Positions 16,902 through 25,199 of a DNA stretch of 64,000 nucleotides are shown piece after piece. The notes beneath the pieces were generated by a model. It worked only from the letters and a program-made list of their open reading frames with translations. It ran no database searches and was not told the origin of the DNA. The stretch is from a virus, in the IMG/VR virus record IMGVR_UViG_3300027917_000041, positions 8,451 through 72,450 of that record; one strand, written 5' to 3'. Every line of letters starts with the position of its first letter. The first letter of the stretch is position 1. The translations under genes and the position numbers were made by a program.

Positions 16902-16977
16902 AGGTGGACAAGACGAGATTCGAACTCGTATTACTTCTGTGCAAGAGAAGTGTGTTCCCAATTGTCACTACTCGCCC
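16902..16977 (-). tRNA. tRNA-Ala(TGC), 3' CCT
   Basis: Loop CTTGCAC; G3:U70 identity pair. Confidence 0.9.
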
Positions 16978-16978
16978 A

Positions 16979-17055
16979 AGGTACTCCGTGGAGGATTTGA
17001 ACCTCCATCTCGTAGGTTAAGAGCCTAGTGGGTTAGCCGTTAACCCCAACGGAGT
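16979..17055 (-). tRNA. tRNA-Lys(CTT), 3' CCT
   Basis: Loop CTCTTAA. Confidence 0.9.
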
Positions 17056-17144
17056 ATGTACATCCAGTCTACGTTAATCGGAACCTCGTCCGATGCTTAT
17101 ATGCGTGTCCAGCGTAGACCAGTGAGAGCCGCTAAGCTCCCTAT

Positions 17145-17228
17145 AGGTGCGCCCGGAGAGAGTCGAACTCCCACAGCTTATAGCGGGTGGTTTACAGCCA
17201 CTTGGACTCGCCATTGTCCAGCAGACGC
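17145..17228 (-). tRNA. tRNA-Tyr(GTA), 3' CCT
   Basis: Loop CTGTAAA, long variable arm. Confidence 0.9.
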
Positions 17229-17231
17229 ATT

Positions 17232-17307
17232 AGGTAGCGGAGGACGGAGTTGAACCGACTTGGGACAGTTTATGAGACTGCCGAGTTTACCGAAACTCTA
17301 CTCCGCA
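17232..17307 (-). tRNA. tRNA-Met(CAT), initiator-like acceptor end, 3' CCT
   Basis: Loop CTCATAA; U1xU72 mismatch; A11-U24. Confidence 0.85.
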
Positions 17308-17311
17308 ATAT

Positions 17312-17390
17312 AGGTACTGGCACTTGGATTCGAACCAAGACCTTACAGTTTAAAAGACTGATGTGCTAGACCGTTAAACACCATACCAGT
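17312..17390 (-). tRNA. tRNA-Lys(TTT), 3' CCT
   Basis: Loop CTTTTAA. Confidence 0.9.
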
Positions 17391-17396
17391 ATATTT

Positions 17397-17470
17397 AGGT
17401 GTAGACCCCCGGAGTCGAACCGGGCTTGTCCGGGCTTCAACCGGATGCATAACCACTCTGCCAAGTCCAC
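17397..17470 (-). tRNA. tRNA-Phe(GAA), 3' CCT
   Basis: Loop TTGAAGC. Confidence 0.88.
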
Positions 17471-17474
17471 ATTT

Positions 17475-17550
17475 AGGTACTCGCACTAGGATTCGAACCT
17501 AGACTCAACCGTATATAAGACGGACGTGTTCACCATTACACTATGCGAGT
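17475..17550 (-). tRNA. tRNA-Ile(TAT), 3' CCT
   Basis: Stem CCGT/ACGG, loop CTTATAT, A73. Confidence 0.85.
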
Positions 17551-17554
17551 ATGT

Positions 17555-17629
17555 AGGCTGAGGGTGAAGGGGTCGAACCTCCATTTCAGGCTTCAAAGAC
17601 CTTAGTCTTTACCATTAGACGAACCCTCA
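17555..17629 (-). tRNA. tRNA-Gln(TTG), 3' CCT
   Basis: Loop CTTTGAA; U1-A72. Confidence 0.9.
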
Positions 17630-17637
17630 ATATTGAC

Positions 17638-17666
17638 ATTATAACACAAAAATTGATATTTGTCAA
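17638..17666 (-). promoter_or_regulatory. Internal promoter of the tRNA/RNase P array
   Basis: CTTGACAAATATCAATTTTTGTGTTATAAT; upstream of 22 tRNAs and the RNase P RNA. Confidence 0.85.
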
Positions 17667-17678
17667 GTACCAATTTCT

Positions 17679-17753
17679 AGGAGCATCTAGCAGGGGTCGA
17701 ACCTGCACTACTTGGTTCGTAGCCAAGTGGTCTATCCATTAGCCTATAGATGC
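17679..17753 (-). tRNA. tRNA-Arg(ACG), 3' CCT
   Basis: Loop CTACGAA; A20. Confidence 0.9.
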
Positions 17754-17756
17754 ATT

Positions 17757-17831
17757 AGGCGCAACCAAGAGGACTCGAACCTCTTCCATGGGCTTAGAAC
17801 ACCCTTATGCGATCCACTACACCATGGTTGC
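17757..17831 (-). tRNA. tRNA-Arg(TCT), 3' CCT
   Basis: Loop GTTCTAA; A20. Confidence 0.87.
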
Positions 17832-17969
17832 AATTTTATGTAAGATACGCCAAAATAGGTTATCTCGTTTCCAGATAGAAGTATGATCTTCTCTAAATCC
17901 CCATAGAAAATACCAGTCTATCTTAATACCACCTTTCTTGCGTTTGCTTACCTTACCAATTTTTGTCAT

Positions 17970-18044
17970 AGGCACTCAGGGGCGGGGTCGAACCACCGTC
18001 ACCACGGTTAACAGCCGTGTGCATTACCATTATGCTACCCGAGT
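17970..18044 (-). tRNA. tRNA-Asn(GTT), 3' CCT
   Basis: Loop CTGTTAA, G73. Confidence 0.9.
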
Positions 18045-18048
18045 GTAT

Positions 18049-18125
18049 AGGGGTAATCGGTGAGTCTCGAACTCACTATAACTGTGTTCACAGCACAGCG
18101 TCGCACCAGTTTGACTTCGATCACC
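18049..18125 (-). tRNA. tRNA-His(GTG) with encoded G-1:C73, 3' CCT
   Basis: Loop CTGTGAA; 8-bp acceptor. Confidence 0.9.
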
Positions 18126-18129
18126 ATAT

Positions 18130-18214
18130 AGGTGCTTCTCGTGGGAGTCGAACCCACATGAGTCTCCTCACTAGTTTCTAAGACTAGAGCGTATACCAAT
18201 TCCGCCAGAGAAGC
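18130..18214 (-). tRNA. tRNA-Leu(TAG), 3' CCT
   Basis: Loop CTTAGAA, long variable arm. Confidence 0.9.
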
Positions 18215-18216
18215 AT

Positions 18217-18290
18217 AGGTCAAGGTGAGAGGAATCGAACCTCTTCCGCAGAGTCCCAAACTCCGTGTGCGGCCATTACACCACACCCTG
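18217..18290 (-). tRNA. tRNA-Pro(TGG), 3' CCT
   Basis: Loop TTTGGGA; C1-G72. Confidence 0.9.
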
Positions 18291-18452
18291 TAGATATCCA
18301 CCTTTGTCATATTTAGCAAGGCAAAAGGTTTGATGAGTGGAAAATCCTTGTTGGCTGTAAGCCTCTTGTATATATTTATATATACAAGCTATTAATTAAT
18401 TATTTAATTAACTATTTAATTAATATATTAACTCTGTAGTTAATTGCTCTTA

Positions 18453-18481
18453 ATTATACCATAAAAAGTTGCATTTGTCAA
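18453..18481 (-). promoter_or_regulatory. Promoter at head of tRNA array
   Basis: CTTGACAAATGCAACTTTTTATGGTATAAT. Confidence 0.85.
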
Positions 18482-18527
18482 GCTTTTTAGATTAAAGGAA
18501 CATTAGAGAATTCTCATATTCAATAGC

Positions 18528-18556
18528 TTGACTTTTAGGACAATTTGTGGTATAAT
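18528..18556 (+). promoter_or_regulatory. Divergent rightward promoter
   Basis: TTGACT-N17-TATAAT with TG (CTTGACTTTTAGGACAATTTGTGGTATAAT). Confidence 0.8.
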
Positions 18557-18626
18557 AGTATATACCAATTGTTAATGTACAAGTGCTTTTGTAAGCATAG
18601 TACAATTATAACACAGAATAGGGAGT

Positions 18627-18863
18627 TTGTCAAGAGGCAATTTTATGATAGAACCGGATACATGGGAATACCACTTTTACGATCATGATAAGGATGATCC
18701 TGATTGCTTTATGTGTCAAACTGGCATGGGCTATCCAATAAAGTGCGATGAATGTGGAGGTTTAATTCATAGACAGGTGGTAGGAATTGCGGCTTATGAT
18801 TATCCCACAAGTTACTTTGTCATCTTTAGATGTGATTTGTGTGGAAAGGAGTGGGAAGAATGA
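18627..18863 (+). CDS. Small Cys-rich zinc-binding protein
   Basis: CFMC, CDEC, CDLC. Confidence 0.6.
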   Translation: MSRGNFMIEPDTWEYHFYDHDKDDPDCFMCQTGMGYPIKCDECGGLIHRQVVGIAAYDYPTSYFVIFRCDLCGKEWEE

Positions 18864-19063
18864 AAGATTATCATGAATTTTCGGTAGATTTAGATGATGC
18901 TATTGGTAATGACAATTACGTTTATGGTCAGCTCGATTATCAAGATACAAAGATTATGTTCTGGATTATCAACGGATACGAGGAGGCGGCTTGTTGGTTC
19001 ACCAAAGAACAGGCTGAAATGGTAATATCCGGTTTACAGGATTTGGTGAATAGACTAAAATGA
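18860..19063 (+). CDS. Hypothetical protein
   Basis: Start MKDYHEF overlapping previous stop (ATGA). Confidence 0.55.
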   Translation: MKDYHEFSVDLDDAIGNDNYVYGQLDYQDTKIMFWIINGYEEAACWFTKEQAEMVISGLQDLVNRLK

Positions 19064-19080
19064 TGCGGAGACTTTAGATA

Positions 19081-19314
19081 ATGGCTATTAAGAAAGGTGA
19101 TAGGTACGTTTGTTATTACTGTAACAGGCGTTATGAAACCAACAAAGAAGCTAACAAATGTACAGAATCCCATCAACTTATTTATGTGGGTTTGACGGAG
19201 GCTGATATTAGATCAATAATCAATTTTATGCATACAAAAAGGGAGGAAGTTTTGACGGAAGGTGCGGTCAAACAATTTATGAAATTCAATACCCTTAAGC
19301 AAAGGCTAAGATGA
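19081..19314 (+). CDS. C2HC/C2H2-like zinc-finger protein
   Basis: YVCYYCNRRY......C..SH. Confidence 0.6.
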   Translation: MAIKKGDRYVCYYCNRRYETNKEANKCTESHQLIYVGLTEADIRSIINFMHTKREEVLTEGAVKQFMKFNTLKQRLR

Positions 19315-19592
19315 CAGGGCTTGAACACTTTATATTTCATCAAAGTGGTTGGGCTTCACTGCTAATAGCCTTTTTTTGCATTATAGGAGTTGGTAAAGCT
19401 CTTTGGGATTTTTCAGAATCTATTTTTAATGGCGATCCATCACTTCTTACTAGTACTACAAAGTGTCCTAGATGTGATGGTACAGGTTTTTGGTCAATTA
19501 TCGATTTAGAAGCAGATTACGAAAGTGTCTGTCCACTATGTTCAGGAAAAGGATATATTTATGAACAAGAAGAAAAAGAGAAGGATAAATAA
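19311..19592 (+). CDS. Membrane-anchored protein with DnaJ-type zinc-finger repeats
   Basis: TM segment then CPRCDGTG and CPLCSGKG. Confidence 0.65.
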   Translation: MTGLEHFIFHQSGWASLLIAFFCIIGVGKALWDFSESIFNGDPSLLTSTTKCPRCDGTGFWSIIDLEADYESVCPLCSGKGYIYEQEEKEKDK

Positions 19593-19749
19593 GCGACCGT
19601 ACAGAGGAAATCGAAGTAAAAGAAAAGTAAGAGTGCCGGGATGGTCTGCTTGTAACAGAATGTATCAAAGAATAAAAGCTAAAATAACTGCTGACGAACA
19701 ACTAGAGGACTGGTTGAATGGTTACACTGAGGAGAGTGATTATGAATAA
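19561..19749 (+). CDS. Small basic hypothetical protein
   Basis: MNKKKKRRINKRPYRG... Confidence 0.45.
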   Translation: MNKKKKRRINKRPYRGNRSKRKVRVPGWSACNRMYQRIKAKITADEQLEDWLNGYTEESDYE

Positions 19750-20008
19750 TGCACTTTGGATGAACGAACTGGATAGGGAATTTGACAATGCCATGGAGTG
19801 TGAAAGGATTAGAAAAGAAATCTTTGAAATGTCAATAGATATTTTTGCTCACGCTGAATTAGATTGGGAATGGGATTGTGCCAATGCTTGTGAAGCTTCT
19901 TACGTAGCTGTAGAACTTTTGAGATTGCTAGGTTTGAGCGTACAAGATAGGGATGTACAAGCACATATAGCTAAACGTGTGAGGGAACTTTTGGAGGAAC
20001 TTTCGTGA
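19742..20008 (+). CDS. Hypothetical protein
   Basis: GAGGAG RBS before MNNALW. Confidence 0.55.
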   Translation: MNNALWMNELDREFDNAMECERIRKEIFEMSIDIFAHAELDWEWDCANACEASYVAVELLRLLGLSVQDRDVQAHIAKRVRELLEELS

Positions 20009-20244
20009 ATGAATGGGATTATTATGAGGCAATTCAAATAGTGGATGGACAGTTAAAGGCTGTACAATCTTTGATAGCGGTTGTTGAACAAGACCCTGTT
20101 GATGATTGGGATAGACGTTTGTTAAAGAAAGCACGCAAAGTAGAAACTCAACTTAAAGAGGAGTTAATAAAATTAGGAGATTTAGAACATGAACAACGAG
20201 AGCGAAAACGTAGAGAATGGCGTGACCCCCTCCTACCAATTTAG
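20005..20244 (+). CDS. Hypothetical coiled-coil protein
   Basis: ORF track, GGAGG RBS. Confidence 0.55.
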   Translation: MNEWDYYEAIQIVDGQLKAVQSLIAVVEQDPVDDWDRRLLKKARKVETQLKEELIKLGDLEHEQRERKRREWRDPLLPI

Positions 20245-20383
20245 TGTATATCACGATATTGAAGTAGACCGGGTTTTCGTTTACAGAAATGAAGAATTAG
20301 TAGGTGAGTGCGAGGCGTATGAACTAGACGCTATTTGTGCTTATCTAGGTGTTAGGTACGAGGAAATTGAGGAGGCATTTTAA
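20189..20383 (+). CDS. Hypothetical protein
   Basis: ORF track. Confidence 0.45.
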   Translation: MNNESENVENGVTPSYQFSVYHDIEVDRVFVYRNEELVGECEAYELDAICAYLGVRYEEIEEAF

Positions 20384-20389
20384 TAAAGA

Positions 20390-20779
20390 ATGACAACACG
20401 AGGCGATATGATTATAAATCTTACTGATGCCCTGCAAGTAGAACGGGAGAAAAACGCCCAACTGCATAGATTGCTGAATCAGGTTATTTTGATGCTTGAG
20501 GGTGCATTGTCAGATGAACGTGAGCATGAGTTGTTGAATGAGATAAACAAAGCCCTCGCAGACAGCGGGGGGCATGGAGGAACAGCTATGACACTAGATT
20601 ATCAAGAACTCACAACCTATTACATGAATAGGACAGTAGCCCTCGAAGCCCAGATCGCCCAACTACGGGCGGCGTTGGAGCGTCTTATCAACGTTCCCGC
20701 AAAAGATACCAAAGCAGTAGATGAAGCTTGGGATTTAGCAAGACAAGTCCTAGCCGATAGCAGGGGCATGGAGACATAA
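20390..20779 (+). CDS. Hypothetical protein made of two similar helical modules
   Basis: Repeated AQL...LI...LADS.G; higher GC than its neighbours. Confidence 0.55.
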   Translation: MTTRGDMIINLTDALQVEREKNAQLHRLLNQVILMLEGALSDEREHELLNEINKALADSGGHGGTAMTLDYQELTTYYMNRTVALEAQIAQLRAALERLINVPAKDTKAVDEAWDLARQVLADSRGMET

Positions 20780-20901
20780 TGCTCTGTTTCGGTTTTATAC
20801 TCGGAATAATATTTATGATCGGTCTAGGAAAAGCCGTGCAATTCTATTTATTTTTGAAAGGCACGAATAAGATTTAGGAGAAGAAATCCTAACTTTTCAT
20901 T

Positions 20902-21108
20902 ATGACCTGTTTCAAATGTAACAAGGAAATTGAAGGTCTATTGTCATGGATGGCACTAGACCGACCTTATGTTAATCTGCCGTTTCACCGTGAATGTTAC
21001 GAAAGTCTTAATGATGAATTGGCATACGTAACAGAACACATTGACAGGATTATGGAGTATATCGAGTATATTTATAGCTCAAAATATACCAAAAACAACA
21101 AAAAATGA
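20902..21108 (+). CDS. Small zinc-binding protein
   Basis: CFKC...FHREC. Confidence 0.55.
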   Translation: MTCFKCNKEIEGLLSWMALDRPYVNLPFHRECYESLNDELAYVTEHIDRIMEYIEYIYSSKYTKNNKK

Positions 21109-21145
21109 CCAATTTATGATATAATTATAATAGGAGATAGTTAAA

Positions 21146-21337
21146 ATGACAATTTATCAAGACTGTGCAATGACTTTTGAGGTCATTGAAAATAATGAAA
21201 CAGCTGCTTTAAAGCAACAAGATGATGAACCCACTAAAAGTATAATGGTATGTCCCTTGTGTGGCAATCATGCAATAGAGATTGTAAGTCGTTGTGCAAC
21301 ATGCAAAATCTGTGGTTGGAGTATATGTAATGCCTAA
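21146..21337 (+). CDS. Small zinc-ribbon protein
   Basis: CPLCG...CATCKICGWSIC; AGGAG RBS. Confidence 0.6.
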   Translation: MTIYQDCAMTFEVIENNETAALKQQDDEPTKSIMVCPLCGNHAIEIVSRCATCKICGWSICNA

Positions 21338-22073
21338 AGAGGCTAAAAAGCCCTTAACTACAAAACAAACAAGGGTGGACTTGCCAGATACGGAAAAGTT
21401 TAGAAACCTTAAACAATATGCTGACATGTCTGATGAGGAATATGAGCAATATTGGGAAGGTAAGGATGGTGAGGGAAAGATTCTGCTCACTGTTAGCCTT
21501 GAGGACTTTGAGGAACGCATTAAAGGTAAGATGGATGAATATGCGGAAGATTACGATCTTACTGATATGAAGTTCAATGACCGGGAAACGCTTAGAGCAC
21601 TTTGTCAGGCACAAATCCAACTAGAAGATTTGGAACAGTTTTCATACGAAATACGAAATTCAAATCAAGGTATAACATTAAACAATCTTACTTTGCTTGA
21701 TAAGTTAGCACAGCAAATGAGCCGTACAAGGCTTGATTTATCGAAGTTACAGGAAGATTTAAAGATATCAAGAAAGTTAAGACAAACTGATAAAAGTCTA
21801 GACGCTATATCAGAGCTTGACCGGGTAAAGGCACTTGCTAAACAGTTTTATGAAGAAAAGATGATTTATATCTTTTGTCCCAAGTGCAATCAGTTGCTAA
21901 GTACAAACTGGATTTTATTCAGCGATGCTGATAATATTATGCGTTTGGAATGCAAACGAGTTTTGGGAGATCGAGACGGTGAAATTTGTGGGAATGTATT
22001 TGATGTACATTTCAAAGATTTAGTACAAAAGGGAAGTAATAAGCCCGAAATTATGCCCGAATCATTAAGGTAA
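21330..22073 (+). CDS. Helical protein with C-terminal zinc ribbon; candidate terminase small subunit
   Basis: Coiled-coil core and position ahead of the island/TerL; function inferred only. Confidence 0.4.
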   Translation: MPKEAKKPLTTKQTRVDLPDTEKFRNLKQYADMSDEEYEQYWEGKDGEGKILLTVSLEDFEERIKGKMDEYAEDYDLTDMKFNDRETLRALCQAQIQLEDLEQFSYEIRNSNQGITLNNLTLLDKLAQQMSRTRLDLSKLQEDLKISRKLRQTDKSLDAISELDRVKALAKQFYEEKMIYIFCPKCNQLLSTNWILFSDADNIMRLECKRVLGDRDGEICGNVFDVHFKDLVQKGSNKPEIMPESLR

Positions 22074-22081
22074 GGAGGTAA

Positions 22082-23056
<975 letters not shown>

Positions 23057-24316
23057 ATGATCAAAACAGAAACTACATGTAGAGTCTGCGGTGGCGAACT
23101 CGTAGACCTGCTTGACTTTGGTGAAATATACCCTAGCGGTTTTGTTAAAAGTCAGGAAGGGCATACAAAAGCCCCGTTGGTATTGGTACAATGTATAAAG
23201 TGTACATTGGTACAACTTAAACATACCGTTAACTTAGATTTGATGTATCGCCAATATTGGTATTCATCTGCTTTAAATAAGTCAATGGTTAGTTCTTTAA
23301 AGAATATCGCTGACGAAACACAAAAACGGGTAGAGTTAGAAGAAGGTGACATTATAATCGACATTGGTTGTAACGATGGCACTTTGTTTCAGTTCTTTCC
23401 GGACGAATGTTTTAAAATAGGTTTCGATCCTGCCCTAAATTTAAAGGATCGAGCAGAGGAAAATTGTGACTTATTTATTAATGATTATTTTCGTAGCGAT
23501 CTGTTGCCTCTTGGAGTGGTTCGTGGAGCGAAGGTCATCACATCAATAGCAATGTTCTATGACCTACCAAAACCAGACGCTTTCGTAAATGAAATTGAAC
23601 AAGTACTTGCAGCTGACGGTATTTGGGTAGTGCAGTTTACGGATTTGCTTTCAATGTTGCAGATAAATGCATTTGATAATATCTGCCACGAACACCTTGA
23701 GTACTACAAGCTAGTAAACCTGCTACAAATATTTGATTACTATGACCTTGATATTTTTGATTTAGAATACAACAATGTCAATGGTGGTAGTTTGCGTGTC
23801 TATGTTTGCCATAAGGGTGCTAAACCAATAAAACCAATCGTTGAAGATATGTTCAACTACGAGAAGGCTTATTTTGAGAAATTCAAAGAGCCTTTCGGTT
23901 CTTTTGTTAGACGCATCAAGCACGCTGAGATTGCATTAAAAGATTACTTAGCCCGTTCAAAAGCAGCTGGAAAGACTACATTTGTTTTGGGTGCGAGTAC
24001 AAAGGGCAACACACTATTACAGGCATGGGGCTTAACCAAAGAAGATTTGCCTTACGCTTTAGAAGTAAACGAAGATAAGTTTGGTTTGCGTACTATCGGA
24101 AGTGATATTCCTATCATTTCAGAAGAAGAAGGTTTAGCGATGCAACCTGACCAATTACTTCTTTTGCCTTGGCACTTCATCACTGGCGTTAAAGCTAACT
24201 TACATGAGTATTTAGAAAATGGTGGTATCATAATAACGCCTCTGCCTAGCTTTACAATACACTATGAGGAGGATGGTTATTCATGGATATTAGAACAAAG
24301 AGCATCGGTTTTCTAA
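23057..24316 (+). CDS. NDP-sugar C-methyltransferase (Zn-binding N-terminus, SAM domain, C-methyltransferase C-domain)
   Basis: CRVC...CIKC.LVQL, DIGCNDG, FDNICHEH, NGGS.R, GASTKGNTLL, LLPWHF. Confidence 0.92.
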   Translation: MIKTETTCRVCGGELVDLLDFGEIYPSGFVKSQEGHTKAPLVLVQCIKCTLVQLKHTVNLDLMYRQYWYSSALNKSMVSSLKNIADETQKRVELEEGDIIIDIGCNDGTLFQFFPDECFKIGFDPALNLKDRAEENCDLFINDYFRSDLLPLGVVRGAKVITSIAMFYDLPKPDAFVNEIEQVLAADGIWVVQFTDLLSMLQINAFDNICHEHLEYYKLVNLLQIFDYYDLDIFDLEYNNVNGGSLRVYVCHKGAKPIKPIVEDMFNYEKAYFEKFKEPFGSFVRRIKHAEIALKDYLARSKAAGKTTFVLGASTKGNTLLQAWGLTKEDLPYALEVNEDKFGLRTIGSDIPIISEEEGLAMQPDQLLLLPWHFITGVKANLHEYLENGGIIITPLPSFTIHYEEDGYSWILEQRASVF

Positions 24317-24549
24317 TCGACCAACTTATTACTACCAATCTTCGGTGCTGGTTTGCACAAGAAGATATTATGAATCCCAATTTATCAGAAGAAAAACGTT
24401 TAGATGCAGCTATTAGAGCACAGGCACAGAACGCTATTCGTTCGCAACTAATAAAGGCTATTGATGGAGTGTTGGGAGAAGGTAGTATTACGATGGGTGG
24501 GGATAAGACTTACTACACCTATCACGATAAAGACAAAGGAGGAAGTTAA
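24283..24549 (+). CDS. Small helical protein of the sugar island
   Basis: SIG.LID.L...N...W..QE...N..RS.LI..ID. Confidence 0.55.
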   Translation: MDIRTKSIGFLIDQLITTNLRCWFAQEDIMNPNLSEEKRLDAAIRAQAQNAIRSQLIKAIDGVLGEGSITMGGDKTYYTYHDKDKGGS

Positions 24550-25199
24550 TGTCATATACTTATTCAAAGTGCTTAACACTAGAAGATTTTAATACATTTT
24601 CTGAGCACCAATTAATTGAACCTTTTATGCAAAGGATACACCCGAACTATCGGTACGAACACCCTATGCGTAAATGGGAATACGGATTAGCCCTTAAGTT
24701 ATTATTGGAAATAGGGGCTGAAAAGATTTTGGATGTGGGCGGTGGCGGTTCATTACTTGCACCAGTTTTATCTCATTATGGGATTCATGTTACACAGATT
24801 GACCCCGACCCAAGTGGTGAATCTACAGTTGCAAAACAAAATGAAATTTTAGGACAGTCTAACGAATTTATTTGTCAAGACTTCCTAGAGTATAGGGGAA
24901 GAACGAAATACGACGCTGTAATTTGTATGAGCACCATTGAGCATATAAAGGATGAAGATGAAAAGACCTTTTTCCTAAAACTGCTTAAACCTGCACCTTT
25001 TCTATTTTTAAGTACTGACTACTCTCCAAAGGGAAAGCCTTTCAGTGTAGCTCATGAACGCACATATAATTCAGCAAGCTTAAAGCGTCTTGCTAAATTG
25101 GCAAAGGGTTGGAGTTTCTATGGTGGTGTGGACTACTCCTATAGACAACCACTTGTATATGAGTATACATTTGCATCACTGGCTCTAGCTAAGAAATGA
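24549..25199 (+). CDS. Class I SAM-dependent methyltransferase
   Basis: R.WEY, ILDVGGGGS, YDAVICMSTIEHI. Confidence 0.85.
   Translation: MSYTYSKCLTLEDFNTFSEHQLIEPFMQRIHPNYRYEHPMRKWEYGLALKLLLEIGAEKILDVGGGGSLLAPVLSHYGIHVTQIDPDPSGESTVAKQNEILGQSNEFICQDFLEYRGRTKYDAVICMSTIEHIKDEDEKTFFLKLLKPAPFLFLSTDYSPKGKPFSVAHERTYNSASLKRLAKLAKGWSFYGGVDYSYRQPLVYEYTFASLALAKK

Noticed and set aside
16721-17143. HDV-like (theta), hammerhead or pistol ribozymes in the tRNA spacers
   Set aside because: The pseudoknot has no room for P3/L3 or a catalytic J4/2, and I found no CUGANGA/GAAA core. Kept only as unknown structured RNAs.
15460-18290. Stop-codon recoding or suppressor tRNAs
   Set aside because: No CTA, TTA or TCA anticodon was found. 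Long genes are intact in code 11 and use TAA, TAG and TGA as stops.
15445-18319. ORF-track entries overlapping the tRNA array (15445, 15458, 15575, 16632, 17056, 18035)
   Set aside because: They are translations of tRNA genes, with no RBS or protein-like composition.
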